The notes: generated by a model not told the origin, from the letters alone. A stretch of 64,000 bases of DNA from an uncultured Bacilli bacterium (GCA_934155005.1 CAKPGR010000001.1:18054-82053); one strand, 5' to 3'; shown: positions 29,481 through 40,366, numbered from the stretch's first letter. Numbers and translations: made by a program.

Positions 29481-29534
29481 TATTTTTCCTCCTTTAATTC
29501 TTACTATAAATATCTTTTTTGTTCTATATTATTA

Positions 29535-29720
29535 TTTCAAAATAAAAACTGCTCCTAGTTTAAGGACGCAGTTAGCGTGGTACCACCTTAATTTGTAAAT
29601 TAATTACCTCAAATATTTAACGCATATATACGGTTTAAGATTATCCCTTAAACAACTCCAGAACCATTTAAAATAACAATTTTTACTTATTTTCACCAAA
29701 CATAAGCTCTCTTTAAAAAA
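29535..29720 (-). promoter_or_regulatory. T-box riboswitch leader (probable Met specifier) controlling metG
   Basis: The minus strand reads AAAGAGAGC (stem I base, GA motif) and GGTGAAA. The T-box sequence AATTAAGGTGGTACCACGC is at 29589-29571. The terminator AACTGCGTCC..GGAGCAGTTTTTATTTT follows. An AAAUGG element before the lower stem gives a candidate AUG specifier. Confidence 0.8.
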
Positions 29721-29756
29721 TTTATTATTTCTCTTTCCTTCATAGTAATTGAATAA

Positions 29757-29785
29757 ATTATAGCATATTCGTATTTATTGTTCAA
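29757..29785 (-). promoter_or_regulatory. sigma-A-type promoter for the metG T-box leader (TTGAAC-N17-TGcTATAAT)
   Basis: The -35 is at 29785-29780 inside the last codons of the spoVT-like gene. The extended -10 is at 29762-29757. Confidence 0.6.
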
Positions 29786-30284
29786 TATAGTTGATTAAAA
29801 TTTTATTTATTAAGTTTATTACTTTTTCATCAAATTTTTTTATTTCTTCATTAGATATTAATATAATACCTCCTATTAAGTCACCATTTAATATTAATGG
29901 CGAAATCATATAATTTAATCCTTCATTTGGTTCTATAAATTTTTGTGACTTATCTAAAATAATATTATTTCTATCTTTTATTATATTAAAATAATCATCT
30001 GTTAATTCATATTTTTCTATTTTTTTACCCGTTGTTATTATATTACTATTATCTGTTATCATTAATATTTTATTTTCTATTTGATTAAATGAAGAAACTA
30101 TTACATTAGCAAGTTCATTAATATTTGATAAAGTTGAATGTTTTTTTAATATAATACTATCATTATCACTTACAAAAATTTCAATATTTTCACCTTCATT
30201 TATTTTAAAATTTTTTCTTATTTCTTTTGGTATTACTATTCTACCTAAATCATCAATCCTTCTAATTACACCTGTTGCTTTCAT
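29775..30284 (-). CDS. AbrB/SpoVT-family regulator (SpoVT-like: AbrB N-domain plus GAF-like C-domain)
   Basis: MKATGVIRRIDDLGRIVIPKEIR is the swapped-hairpin AbrB motif. About 120 aa of C-terminal domain follow, as in SpoVT. Start at ATG 30284 after GAGGT. Confidence 0.75.
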   Translation of the reverse strand: MKATGVIRRIDDLGRIVIPKEIRKNFKINEGENIEIFVSDNDSIILKKHSTLSNINELANVIVSSFNQIENKILMITDNSNIITTGKKIEKYELTDDYFNIIKDRNNIILDKSQKFIEPNEGLNYMISPLILNGDLIGGIILISNEEIKKFDEKVINLINKILINYIEQ

Positions 30285-30362
30285 TTTTACCTCGCTTTCT
30301 CTTTTATTTTGGATTGATTTTATAAATTTATGTGTTATAATCATTGATGGAGTTGATTTTAT

Positions 30363-31985
30363 ATGGAAAATATTTTTGTTTTTGGACATAAAAAACCAGA
30401 TACTGATAGTATAGCTGCAGCTATTTCACTATCATATTTAAAAAATAAACTTGGTATTCATACAATACCAAAAACACTTGGAAGTATTAATAATGAAACA
30501 AAATTTGTGTTAGATTATTTCAATACACCTGAACCAACATATTTAAATGATGTTAAATTACAAATTAAAAATACTAATTATGTAAAAAATTATTTTATGA
30601 ATGAAAATGAATCTTTATTTGACGGATTTAACTACATGAATGAATTTAATATTGGTATATTACCACTAATTGATAATAATAATAAATTTTCGGGATTAGT
30701 TTCTATGAAAGATATCGCTAAATATCAAATGAGTAATGATTTAAATAATTTGTGTACTTCATACGATAATTTATTAAAAACCTTAGATGCTAAGGAAATA
30801 CTTCGATTTGATGATGAATTTAATATTAATATTATTGCTGCATCTTTTAGAAGTACTACTTTTATTGAAAATATTAATATCACAAGTAATGAAGGTTTAA
30901 TTGTTGGAGATAGACATAGTATTATTGAATATGCTGTTAATTCAAAAGCTAAATTAATTGTTTTAACAGGAAATTCGGAAATCAAAGAAGAACATTTAAA
31001 TATAGCTAAAATTAACAAAGTTAATATTGTAAGAACAAGTTTTGATACTTTTACTACTTCAAGAAAAATTTGGTTAGCTAACTATTTAAAACAACATAAG
31101 ATGAAAAGTGACATTGTTTGTTTTAATGAAGATAATGCTATTGAAGAAGTTCTTGAAAAAACTAATAAAATAAAATATAGTAATTATCCTATTTTAAATA
31201 AACATAATAATTGTGTTGGTTTACTTAGATTATCGGATATTAATGATGCTTCTAGAAAAAAAGTTATTTTAGTTGATCATAATGAAGCAAGTCAAAGTGC
31301 GGATGGTCTGGAAGAAGCTGAAATTATTGAAATAGTTGATCATCATAAATTAGGTACTCTTGGAACTAGTATGCCTATTAATTTTAGAAACATGCCTGTT
31401 GGTAGTTCTAATACTATAATTTATAAAATGTTTAAAGAAAGTAATATTGAAATTCCTAAAAATATAGCTGGATTAATGTTATCTGGAATATTATCTGATA
31501 CATTATTATTTAAATCTCCTACTACAACTGATATTGATAAAGTTGTCGCTACGGACTTAGCTAAAATTGCTAATGTTGATACCAAAGAATATGGTATGAA
31601 AATGTTAAAAGCTGGAGCATCTTTAAAAGGTAAAACAAAAGAAGATATTCTATTTATGGACTTTAAAAACTTTACAATTGATAATAAAAAAATTGGTATT
31701 GGACAAGTTACAACATTTGATATTAGTGAAATTGATGATGCTAAGGATGAATATATAGATATTATAAATAAAGAAGCTAAAAATAATGAATATAGTATTA
31801 TTGCCTTATTTGCAACTGATATCATTAAAAATGGTTCTTATATTTATTTTAATGATGGTGCTAAGGAAATATTAGAACTTGCATTTGATATTAAAGATTT
31901 AGAAGAAGGAAATTATTTAGATAATTGTGTTTCAAGAAAGAAACAAATTATTCCTGCTATTATTGACGTTTTAGAAAAAAAATAA
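30363..31985 (+). CDS. CBS-domain-containing family II (DHH/DHHA2) inorganic pyrophosphatase
   Basis: VFGHKKPDTDS (DHH motif I), DHH-type VDHN/DHHK, inserted CBS/DRTGG region, and the DHHA2 C-terminus (...GILSDTLLFKSPTTT). Confidence 0.85.
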   Translation: MENIFVFGHKKPDTDSIAAAISLSYLKNKLGIHTIPKTLGSINNETKFVLDYFNTPEPTYLNDVKLQIKNTNYVKNYFMNENESLFDGFNYMNEFNIGILPLIDNNNKFSGLVSMKDIAKYQMSNDLNNLCTSYDNLLKTLDAKEILRFDDEFNINIIAASFRSTTFIENINITSNEGLIVGDRHSIIEYAVNSKAKLIVLTGNSEIKEEHLNIAKINKVNIVRTSFDTFTTSRKIWLANYLKQHKMKSDIVCFNEDNAIEEVLEKTNKIKYSNYPILNKHNNCVGLLRLSDINDASRKKVILVDHNEASQSADGLEEAEIIEIVDHHKLGTLGTSMPINFRNMPVGSSNTIIYKMFKESNIEIPKNIAGLMLSGILSDTLLFKSPTTTDIDKVVATDLAKIANVDTKEYGMKMLKAGASLKGKTKEDILFMDFKNFTIDNKKIGIGQVTTFDISEIDDAKDEYIDIINKEAKNNEYSIIALFATDIIKNGSYIYFNDGAKEILELAFDIKDLEEGNYLDNCVSRKKQIIPAIIDVLEKK

Positions 31986-32002
31986 CTGGTTTAAAAACCA
32001 GT
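31983..32002. terminator. bidirectional terminator between the pyrophosphatase gene and rsmG
   Basis: AACTGGTTT-AA-AAACCAGTT is flanked by an A-run and a T-run. Confidence 0.7.
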
Positions 32003-32004
32003 TT

Positions 32005-32706
32005 TTATAATCTATTTTTTTTAATTTCACTATTTTTTCTAGGATATTTTTTATTATCTTTAATTTTTTGAAATTTTAGTAATGTTCTTTTACTATTTTC
32101 AAACGGAAGTAAAAATTGTTTCTTTTCTACTATTTTTGTTTCTAATTTTTGTAAAGCATTATCTATTTCTTTTTCTTCACTTTCTACATTACTTTTCAAA
32201 GCAATAAAATGACCATTTTCTTTTGTCATAGGAATAGCATATTCTAATAAAATTGATAAATGAGCGACTGCTCTTGCCGTTGTTACATCAAACTTATTTC
32301 GATTATTCATAGCATATTCTTCTGCTCTTGTATGAATTGTTTCAATATTTTTTAAATTAAGTTCTTTTATAACGATATTTAAAAAATTAATTCTTTTATT
32401 TAGTGAATCAAGTAATGTTACTTTTACATTGGGAAATAGTATTTTGATTACTAATCCTGGAAATCCAGCACCTGTTCCTATATCACATAATGATTCTATA
32501 TTCTTTAAATCAATTATTTTATTTATCGTTAAGCAATCATAAAAATGTTTTAGATAAACTTCTTCTTTTTCTGTTATACCTGTTAAATTCATTACTTTAT
32601 TATATTCAATAAGTAATTCATAGTATTTATTTAATTGATTTAATTGTTCTTCATTAATATTAATATTAATTTTCTTTAATTCTTCTATAAATTCATTAAT
32701 TTTCAT
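32005..32706 (-). CDS. rsmG: 16S rRNA (guanine527-N7)-methyltransferase RsmG
   Basis: DIGTGAGFPGL motif. It overlaps mnmG, giving the classic mnmE-mnmG-rsmG order. Confidence 0.93.
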   Translation of the reverse strand: MKINEFIEELKKINININEEQLNQLNKYYELLIEYNKVMNLTGITEKEEVYLKHFYDCLTINKIIDLKNIESLCDIGTGAGFPGLVIKILFPNVKVTLLDSLNKRINFLNIVIKELNLKNIETIHTRAEEYAMNNRNKFDVTTARAVAHLSILLEYAIPMTKENGHFIALKSNVESEEKEIDNALQKLETKIVEKKQFLLPFENSKRTLLKFQKIKDNKKYPRKNSEIKKNRL

Positions 32707-34582
32707 GATTATATTCCTTTTTTAAATAAATCATTAATATAGATATATCTGCTGGATTTACTCCACTGATTCTTTGTGCTTGTCCAATTGATGTAGGTCT
32801 TATTTCTTTTAATTTTTGTCTTGCTTCACTTGCTATATTTTTAATATCATCGTAATTTATATTTTCTGGAATTTTTTTATTTTCAGCTTTTTGCATTTTT
32901 AAAGCTTCTTTTTTTGCCTTTTCAATATATCCTTCATACTTTGTATTAATTTCTACTTGTTCCTTTACTTCATCAGAATAATTTGTATCAATTATTTTTA
33001 AATCTTCTAATTTCTTTATTGTTATTTCTGGACGCTTTAAAAAATTATATAATGAAATTCCATCTTTTAATTCAATATTTAATTTTTGTAATACTTCTTC
33101 ATTATCTTTTGATGGTGTTATTTTAGTTTCTTTTAATTGTTCTGTTAATAAATTTATATCATTTAACTTTTTTAAATATTCTTGATATTGTTTTTCACTT
33201 ATTAATCCTATTTCATATCCATATTTTCTTAGTCTTAAATCAGCATTATCGTGTCTTAATAAAAGTCTATATTCTGCTCTTGATGTTAATAAACGATATG
33301 GATCTCTTATTCCTTTTGTAACTAAATCATCTATTAAAACCCCAATATAAGCATCATCTCTTTTTAAAATTAGTGGTTCTTTATTTTTTATTTTTAATGA
33401 AGCATTTATACCAGCTATTAAACCTTGACATGCAGCCTCTTCATAACCACTTGTTCCATTTATTTGTCCGGCTGTAAATAAATTTTCTACTATTTTTGTT
33501 TCTAATGATTGTTTTAATTGTAAAGGATTTATAGAATCATATTCAATGGCATAAGCATATTTTAATATTTTAGCATGTTCTAATCCTGGCAAGCTATGTA
33601 CCATTTCTTCTTGAACATCATATGGCATACTTGTTGAAAAACCTTGTAAATAAATTGTATTTCCGTATTCTTCACTATTTTCTATTTTACTTTCTGGTTC
33701 TAAAAATAATTGGTGCCTTTCTTTTTCTTTAAATCTTACTACTTTATCTTCTATTGATGGGCAATATCTTGGTCCTATTCCTTCTGCATATCCACCATAC
33801 ATACTAGATCGTTTTAAATTATCTCTTATTATTTGGTGTGTTTTTTCATTTGTATATATTAAATGACAAGGAATTTGTTCTTCTATTTTATAGTTTGTTT
33901 TTTCATCAAAACTAAAATATAATGGTTCTTTTGATCCTTCTTCAATTTTTGTTTTTGAAAAATCGATTGTATTTTTATCTATTCTTTGTGGTGTTCCAGT
34001 TTTTAATCTTTTGATTTCAAAACCTAATTTTTTTAAATTATCACTTAAAAAATTTGAAGGTTTTTCACCATGAGGTCCTTCTCTTCTTCTTTCATCTCCA
34101 ACTAAAATATCAGCTTTTAAATAAGTTCCTGTTGTTAAAATAACAGCATCACCATAAATTTTTTCACCATTTTCTAAAATTATCCCCAATATTTTAGAGT
34201 TTTCCACAATTAAATCTTCAACAATAGCTTCTTTTATAGTCAAATTAGGTGTATTTTTTAAAGTTTTCAACATTTCTTGTGGATAAGTAACTTTATCAGC
34301 TTGAGTTCTTAATGCTCTAATTGCTGGTCCTTTTTTATCATTTAACATCTTTATTTGAATTTGCGTTTTATCCGCATTTTTTCCCATTTCTCCACCTAGA
34401 GCATCTATTTCCCTTACAACTATTCCTTTAGCTGATCCACCAATAGATGGATTACATGGCATATCAGCTATATTTTTAATATTTCCCGTTACAAGTAAAG
34501 TTTTATTATTTAATCTTGCAGCTGCTAAACTTGCCTCACACCCAGCGTGTCCACCACCTACTACTATAATTTCATATTTCAT
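32696..34582 (-). CDS. mnmG: tRNA uridine 5-carboxymethylaminomethyl modification enzyme MnmG
   Basis: FAD site VVGGGHAGCEA and conserved PSIGG, GTTPRID-like and QINGTSGYEEAA motifs. Confidence 0.97.
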   Translation of the reverse strand: MKYEIIVVGGGHAGCEASLAAARLNNKTLLVTGNIKNIADMPCNPSIGGSAKGIVVREIDALGGEMGKNADKTQIQIKMLNDKKGPAIRALRTQADKVTYPQEMLKTLKNTPNLTIKEAIVEDLIVENSKILGIILENGEKIYGDAVILTTGTYLKADILVGDERRREGPHGEKPSNFLSDNLKKLGFEIKRLKTGTPQRIDKNTIDFSKTKIEEGSKEPLYFSFDEKTNYKIEEQIPCHLIYTNEKTHQIIRDNLKRSSMYGGYAEGIGPRYCPSIEDKVVRFKEKERHQLFLEPESKIENSEEYGNTIYLQGFSTSMPYDVQEEMVHSLPGLEHAKILKYAYAIEYDSINPLQLKQSLETKIVENLFTAGQINGTSGYEEAACQGLIAGINASLKIKNKEPLILKRDDAYIGVLIDDLVTKGIRDPYRLLTSRAEYRLLLRHDNADLRLRKYGYEIGLISEKQYQEYLKKLNDINLLTEQLKETKITPSKDNEEVLQKLNIELKDGISLYNFLKRPEITIKKLEDLKIIDTNYSDEVKEQVEINTKYEGYIEKAKKEALKMQKAENKKIPENINYDDIKNIASEARQKLKEIRPTSIGQAQRISGVNPADISILMIYLKKEYNHEN

Positions 34583-34681
34583 AAGTTCACCACCTAAACT
34601 TAATTTATTATACTATTTTTTTTATTTTTCAACAAGGAATATTTATAATTATTAATTAATATAATTTATTGGTGATAATAC

Positions 34682-34960
34682 TTGAACAATGAACTTAATA
34701 TTTTATTCTTAAAAGATACTATACATCTTTTAAAAAATGAAGACTTAAATTTTTTAATTTTAGTTGATAATAATAAATTAACAATCAACAATATTCCATT
34801 AATATATACTGATTATTTACATATTTTGTATGATAATTTAGCATATGATTATGATTCTTTAAGCGAGGAAAATAAAGAAAAATATAAACTTAAATTTAAA
34901 AAATTAAAAAAAATTGATAACTATTATGTATATGATACAAAAAAATATATAAAAAAATAA
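34682..34960 (+). CDS. hypothetical protein (TTG start; opposite strand, inserted between mnmG and mnmE)
   Basis: 92-aa ORF with no internal Met. TTG is preceded by GGTGA, and a hairpin terminator at 34988-35020 follows. Composition-driven ORFs are common at this AT content. Confidence 0.3.
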   Translation: MNNELNILFLKDTIHLLKNEDLNFLILVDNNKLTINNIPLIYTDYLHILYDNLAYDYDSLSEENKEKYKLKFKKLKKIDNYYVYDTKKYIKK

Positions 34961-35160
34961 TCTGTATGATTATTTTGTCGTATTATAAATAGTGTTGGTG
35001 AATGTCACTACACTATTTTTATTTAATAAAAAGACACAAGTTTGATACAATGCAATTGTTAACAAAACATTGAAAGGAATAAACTTATTTCTACTAATAA
35101 TTATATACTAAATTTATTAAATATTAAAGATGAAAATTATAATTTTTTATATAAAATAAG

Positions 35161-36504
35161 CTATTTTCCTAAACAAAAGTTTTTAAACATATAATCTATT
35201 AATTCAGAATCATCAATTTCTCCAATAATATTTCCAAGTTCATTCCATATATTTTTTATATCTATTTCTAATATATCTATTGGATAAGAATCTATATTAT
35301 TTTTAATTTCTTCTAATTCTGTTAAAATATTTTTTAAAATAGCAATTTCTCTTGAATTAGATATATATGTTAAATCTTTTGTTTCTATTTGTTCTAAATT
35401 AAATATTTCTTTTATTTTATTTTTTAATTCATCTATTCCAGTATTTGTTTTTGTACTTATTTTTATTACATTATCATTTTCTAAATGCAATTTATTTTCT
35501 AAATCAATTTTATTTATTACTATTATATGGTTCTTATTTTCTATTTCTTTCATTAAATTAATTTCTTCATCACTTATTTCTTCATTGTTATTTAAGATAA
35601 ATAATACTAAATCAACAGTATCTATTATTTTTTTGCTTTTTTCTACACCTATTTGTTCTACTATATTATTTGTTTCTCTAATTCCCGCTGTATCTATTAT
35701 ATTTAAGATAATACCATCTAAATTAATTTGTCCTTCAACTATATCCCTAGTTGTTCCTTCTATATCTGTCACTATTGCTTTATTTTCTTCAAGTAAAGTA
35801 TTTAAAAGACTACTTTTGCCTACATTTGGTTTTCCTATTATTGCTACATTTATTCCTTCTTTTATTAATTTTCCTGATTCACTATTTTTTATTAATTCTT
35901 TTATTTTTGGCTCTAAATTAGATATTAAATTTTTTACCATTGGAATAGTTATAACTTCAACATCATCATATTCTGGATAATCAATATTTACCTCAATATT
36001 TGAAATTATCTTTACAATTTCATTTCTTACTTCTTTTATTTTATTTGATAAATTACCATTTACTTGATTCATGGCCATTTTTCTTTGAGTTTCTGTTTTA
36101 GCATTTATTAAATCCATTATTCCTTCTGCTTCTTGTAAATTAATTCTCCCATTTAAATATGCTCTCTTAGTAAATTCTCCTGGTTCTGCCATACGACAAC
36201 CATTTTTAAGAAGAATTTCTAAAACCCTATTTGTTGTCATTATTCCACCATGACAATTTATTTCAACTATATTTTCTTTTGTAAATGTTTTTGGAGCTTT
36301 CATAATACTTACTAAAACTTCATCTAATTCTTCATTATTTTCCATTATTTTACCATAATGTATAGTATGAGTTTTTGATTGTGTTAAATCTTTACCTTTA
36401 AATATTTTATTTACTATATTTATTGAATCTGGTCCACTTACTCTTATTATTGAAATAGCACCTACACCAAGAGCAGTTGATATAGCAGTTATTGTATCTT
36501 CCAT
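35161..36504 (-). CDS. mnmE: tRNA modification GTPase MnmE
   Basis: G1 GKPNVGKSS, G2 TTRD, G3 DTAG and the C-terminal FCLGK. Confidence 0.97.
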   Translation of the reverse strand: MEDTITAISTALGVGAISIIRVSGPDSINIVNKIFKGKDLTQSKTHTIHYGKIMENNEELDEVLVSIMKAPKTFTKENIVEINCHGGIMTTNRVLEILLKNGCRMAEPGEFTKRAYLNGRINLQEAEGIMDLINAKTETQRKMAMNQVNGNLSNKIKEVRNEIVKIISNIEVNIDYPEYDDVEVITIPMVKNLISNLEPKIKELIKNSESGKLIKEGINVAIIGKPNVGKSSLLNTLLEENKAIVTDIEGTTRDIVEGQINLDGIILNIIDTAGIRETNNIVEQIGVEKSKKIIDTVDLVLFILNNNEEISDEEINLMKEIENKNHIIVINKIDLENKLHLENDNVIKISTKTNTGIDELKNKIKEIFNLEQIETKDLTYISNSREIAILKNILTELEEIKNNIDSYPIDILEIDIKNIWNELGNIIGEIDDSELIDYMFKNFCLGK

Positions 36505-36544
36505 ATTATCTCCTTTCTAAAAAAATATAATCATTGATTATATT

Positions 36545-37159
36545 TTATTTTTCTTTATATTTTATAGTAACATGTCTATCTTTACCTTCTCCAACACTTT
36601 CTGTTGTTAAGTTAGGATATTCAGCAATTATTGTATGAACTAATCTTCTTTCATAAGAATTCATTGGGTCTAATGAAACTGTTATTTGTGATGCCTCTAC
36701 ATCTTCTGCTATACCTTTTACTAATCTTTCAATTCTTTTCAATTTTTTAACTTTATAATTTGATACATCTAAGTTTATCTTTATTGTCATATCAACTTGA
36801 TTTTTTATTAATTGTCTTAACATTGTTTGAATAGAATTTAATGTTTTACCATCCTTACCTATCAAAATTCCATTATTATCTGATACTAATAAAACATTAT
36901 ATATATCATTATCTTCAATTATCTCAGTTTCAATATTCAAATTCAAATTATTCGATAAATTATTTATAAAATCTATAATAATATCTTTAATTTGCTTTTT
37001 CTCTATTACTGTTATTATATATTTTGAACTTTTAAATAATTTTCCTTCCACAAACTCTTCTTTATAATATATATCCTCTAATGTTACATTTAATTCTTTT
37101 AAAGCTTTATTCAATGCTTCTTCTTTTGTTTTTGCTTCATATACATTATTTTTTTCCAT
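36545..37159 (-). CDS. khpB: Jag/KhpB RNA-binding protein (Jag_N, KH, R3H)
   Basis: C-terminal R3H (MNSYERRLVH) and KH-like GKDGKTLNSIQ. It lies downstream of yidC. Confidence 0.88.
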   Translation of the reverse strand: MEKNNVYEAKTKEEALNKALKELNVTLEDIYYKEEFVEGKLFKSSKYIITVIEKKQIKDIIIDFINNLSNNLNLNIETEIIEDNDIYNVLLVSDNNGILIGKDGKTLNSIQTMLRQLIKNQVDMTIKINLDVSNYKVKKLKRIERLVKGIAEDVEASQITVSLDPMNSYERRLVHTIIAEYPNLTTESVGEGKDRHVTIKYKEK

Positions 37160-38111
37160 TGTTATTACCTCTTCTTACAAGTAAATTTTGAATAATAGTA
37201 AATACGTTTGATGTTATCCAATAAATAGCAATTCCAGATGATATTGAAAAAGATGTTATAGCCATTGTTATCATCATAATATTTGTCATACTCTTCATTT
37301 GTGCTGCTTGTTCTTCACTCATACTAGCTGCGCTATTTAACTTAAATGAAAAATATGTTGCTAGTATTACAAGTATAATAAGTATTACATATAAGTAATT
37401 ATGTTGATTTAAAATAGCAACGGAAGGACTTGTTCCTAATTGAAATCCTAAAAAATTTTCTTCAAAAATTGCTGGTATACGAGTTATTGCCTCATAAAAA
37501 GCAAAGAATAAAGGTATTTGTATAAATGAAAATAAACAACCTGACATTGGATTTATATCATATTCTTTATACACCATCATCATTTCTTGTGATTTTCTCA
37601 TCATACTATCTTGATCAGTTTTATTTGCATATTTTTTTTCTATTTTATCTAATTTAGGTTTTGCTTTTTTCATATTTTCAGATTGAAGAGCTGTCTTTTT
37701 TGTAAATGGAAAACATATTGCTCTTATTAAAAGAGTACATAAAATAATAGCTAATCCATAATTTTTTACTAACAATCCTATTTTAATTATTATAAAAGCA
37801 AGTGGTTGAACAAATAATGTAACCCATAAACCTTCATAATTTTTTGATTTTATCTTCATATTAGAACATTTTGGTAAAGATTCTAACTTAACCTTTTCAT
37901 TTTTTGTACTTTTATTATAATTTTCATATATTTTTAATGTTTCACTATCACTAGGTTTACATAAAATATTTTGTGGTAAGTTTTGACCTGTACTTTCATT
38001 TCTAATAACCTTTTTATTTTCATCTTTTATATATGTGGTGCATCCTGTTAAATTAAGTAATAACATACATATAATACTGATTTTAATTATTTTTTTCTTC
38101 ATTTTCATCAC
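37146..38111 (-). CDS. yidC: membrane protein insertase YidC/SpoIIIJ (lipoprotein type)
   Basis: Lipobox LTGC plus YidC core helices (...LLIRAICFPFTKK...MMVYKEYDINPMSGCL...). Confidence 0.92.
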   Translation of the reverse strand: MMKMKKKIIKISIICMLLLNLTGCTTYIKDENKKVIRNESTGQNLPQNILCKPSDSETLKIYENYNKSTKNEKVKLESLPKCSNMKIKSKNYEGLWVTLFVQPLAFIIIKIGLLVKNYGLAIILCTLLIRAICFPFTKKTALQSENMKKAKPKLDKIEKKYANKTDQDSMMRKSQEMMMVYKEYDINPMSGCLFSFIQIPLFFAFYEAITRIPAIFEENFLGFQLGTSPSVAILNQHNYLYVILIILVILATYFSFKLNSAASMSEEQAAQMKSMTNIMMITMAITSFSISSGIAIYWITSNVFTIIQNLLVRRGNNNGKK

Positions 38112-38433
38112 CTATTAGATTTAATTTTTTTAAACAATATATTAAATCTCTTTCCATTGTTTGATAATCATCATTAACTATTTTTTTATTTGCAATAATT
38201 ATACAATTAAATTTTTGAATATATTTTTGATGATCTATTATACTTCTTATTTGTCTTTTTATTTTATTTCTACCAACTGCATTACAAGTTTTTTTACTTA
38301 CTGAAATACCAAATTTATAATTTTCACTTGATTTTTCAACAAATAAAAGAAAATTGTGATAACGAAAAGGTTTTTTATTTTGAATTATTCTATCAAAATC
38401 TTTATTTTCTTTAACTATATTTATTTTTTTCAT
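38083..38433 (-). CDS. rnpA: ribonuclease P protein component
   Basis: 116 aa and basic. The RNR-like motif is AVGRNKIKRQIR. It lies downstream of rpmH. Confidence 0.9.
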   Translation of the reverse strand: MKKINIVKENKDFDRIIQNKKPFRYHNFLLFVEKSSENYKFGISVSKKTCNAVGRNKIKRQIRSIIDHQKYIQKFNCIIIANKKIVNDDYQTMERDLIYCLKKLNLIGDENEEKNN

Positions 38434-38524
38434 AAATCACATCATTCCCGTATAGTAATTATACTAAATAAAGAATATTATCGCAAGAATATTTAAAAAA
38501 TAAAAACACTTTTTCAAGTGTTTA

Positions 38525-38647
38525 CTAATGTGATAATACTTTACGACCTTTTTTTCTTCTTCTATTTATAATATTAGTTTTCATACGAGCAAAGAATCCT
38601 TGTTTTTTACTTCTTTTTCTATTATTTGGTTGATAAGTTCTTTTCAT
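38525..38647 (-). CDS. rpmH: 50S ribosomal protein L34 (not in the ORF track)
   Basis: [40 protein letters not shown]. The GGAGGTGG RBS lies upstream. Confidence 0.95.
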   Translation of the reverse strand: MKRTYQPNNRKRSKKQGFFARMKTNIINRRRKKGRKVLSH

Positions 38648-38745
38648 AAGTTTCCACCTCCTGAGCTAAATATAAATTACTTGTACAATTATAATATAAA
38701 AATACGACTTTTGTCAAATTTTATTAAATGATAAGTTTTCCACTT

Positions 38746-38944
38746 TTAAATATCATTAATTTTTAAAGGTAAATAATGTTTTCCACTTGAATTAACATAT
38801 ATGTTAATAATTATTTGTAACAATGTTAATTAAATTTAATAACTTTTACACATATTATGTTAAAAACTATCTATTACTTTTGAATTTATTTATTTTTTCC
38901 TGTGTATAAATCTGTTAATTACCTTTTTTTTTGTTTTTTCCACA
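38746..38944. promoter_or_regulatory. oriC upstream DnaA-box cluster (rpmH-dnaA intergenic)
   Basis: Matches to TTATCCACA: TTTTCCACT at 38746-38754 and 38779-38787, TTTTACACA at 38844-38852, TGTGTATAA at 38901-38909 (reverse orientation) and TTTTCCACA at 38936-38944. Confidence 0.75.
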
Positions 38945-39013
38945 ATTTTTCTTTAATTTTTATAAAAAATAATGTAAAATATATGTAACAATTTATTTCA
39001 GGAGGTGTATCAT

Positions 39014-40366
39014 ATGAATAATTCTCAATTGTGGAATACTTTTTTAGATAGAATTAAAAATGAGATTTCTACAGTTACATATGATACTTGGTTCGCAGAT
39101 ACTAAAATTATTGATATAAAAGATAATATTGTATTATTATCTGTGCCAATGCATGTTCATAAAAAAATGCTTAGTGAAAATTATAATGAATTAATAGAAG
39201 AAATTTTCACTGAAATATCGGGTACTAATTTTAAATTTGAATATTTAACAGAAGATGAAGTTAAAGAAAATATTACTATTAATACAGATGAAATAGGTGT
39301 TCCTAGTGTTTCAACATTTGAATCAAATTTAAAATCTAATTATAATTTTGAAAATTTTATAGTAGGGGAAAGCAATAAATTTGCTAAATTAACAGCTCTT
39401 GCTGTTGCCGAAAAACCTGGACAGATGTATAATCCATTATTTATCTACGGAAATAGTGGACTTGGAAAAACTCATTTAATGCATGCAATTGGAAATTATG
39501 CTGTTAAAAATAACAAAAGTAAAGTTCTTTATGTAACAAGTGAAAAATTTGTAGATGATTTTATTGGAATTAATAAAAGAAATCAAGATGGAACTAATTT
39601 TGATAGTGTAGAAATATTCAAAAAAAAATATAGAGACGTTGATATTCTTATTATTGATGATATTCAATATTTGGGAAATGGGGTAAAAACACAACAAGAA
39701 TTTTTCAACACCTTTAATGAATTATATGATAAGAATAAACAAATTATTATATCTTCAGATAGATCACCAGATGATTTAAAATTACTTGAAGATAGACTTC
39801 GAACTAGATTTAACTGGGGAATTACTATTAACATTGAGCCACCAGAATTTGAATTAAGACTTCATATAATTGAAAATAAACTTAAAGGTCAAATGTTAAA
39901 TACTGAATTTCCAAAAGAAGTTCAAGAATTTATAGCAAGCAATTGTACAAGCGATGTAAGAAAATTAGAAGGAGCTATTACAAGAGTTATAGCATATGCT
40001 ACTATGATGAACGGAAGTGACATTACATTAGAATTAGCAGATGAAGCTTTAAAAGGTTACTTTGTAAAAACAATTGTATCAAAAAATAAAATAGAACAAG
40101 TTCAACAAATAGTAGCAAATCATTATAATATAACAGTTGATGATATGAAAAGTAAAAGACGGATGGCTTCAATTGCTTTTCCTAGACAAGTTGCTATGTA
40201 CATATGTAGAACAAGTCTAAAAGAGTCATTTCCCAAAATTGGAATTGAATTTGGTGGCAAAGATCATACTACTGTAATGCACTCAGTAGATAAAATTAAA
40301 AAACAAATGAATAAAGAAAAAGATTTAAAAGATGAAATAGAAAAAATTATAGCAAAAATATTATAA
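39014..40366 (+). CDS. dnaA: chromosomal replication initiator DnaA
   Basis: Walker A GNSGLGKTHL, IDDIQ, and the C-terminal DNA-binding domain ...FGGKDHTTVMHS. Start at ATG 39014 after GGAGGTG. Confidence 0.97.
   Translation: MNNSQLWNTFLDRIKNEISTVTYDTWFADTKIIDIKDNIVLLSVPMHVHKKMLSENYNELIEEIFTEISGTNFKFEYLTEDEVKENITINTDEIGVPSVSTFESNLKSNYNFENFIVGESNKFAKLTALAVAEKPGQMYNPLFIYGNSGLGKTHLMHAIGNYAVKNNKSKVLYVTSEKFVDDFIGINKRNQDGTNFDSVEIFKKKYRDVDILIIDDIQYLGNGVKTQQEFFNTFNELYDKNKQIIISSDRSPDDLKLLEDRLRTRFNWGITINIEPPEFELRLHIIENKLKGQMLNTEFPKEVQEFIASNCTSDVRKLEGAITRVIAYATMMNGSDITLELADEALKGYFVKTIVSKNKIEQVQQIVANHYNITVDDMKSKRRMASIAFPRQVAMYICRTSLKESFPKIGIEFGGKDHTTVMHSVDKIKKQMNKEKDLKDEIEKIIAKIL

Noticed and set aside
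34583-35160. I considered a regulatory RNA or a mobile insertion in the unusually long (578-bp) gap between mnmG and mnmE.
   Set aside because: I found only a TTG-initiated 92-aa ORF of uncertain reality and one terminator-like hairpin (34988-35020). There is no recognisable riboswitch core, repeats or recombinase, so it is listed as a low-confidence CDS only.
40228-40239. I asked whether the third copy of the 12-mer ATTTCCCAAAAT, inside dnaA, is a functional Noc-related site.
   Set aside because: It encodes the conserved DnaA segment SFPKIG, so the match may be imposed by protein sequence. My rough chance estimate for one extra copy in the window is a few percent. It is therefore kept only as a note under the NBS finding. 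ATTTCCC heptamers seemed over-represented by eye (about 16 versus about 5 expected), but I cannot control for codon bias.
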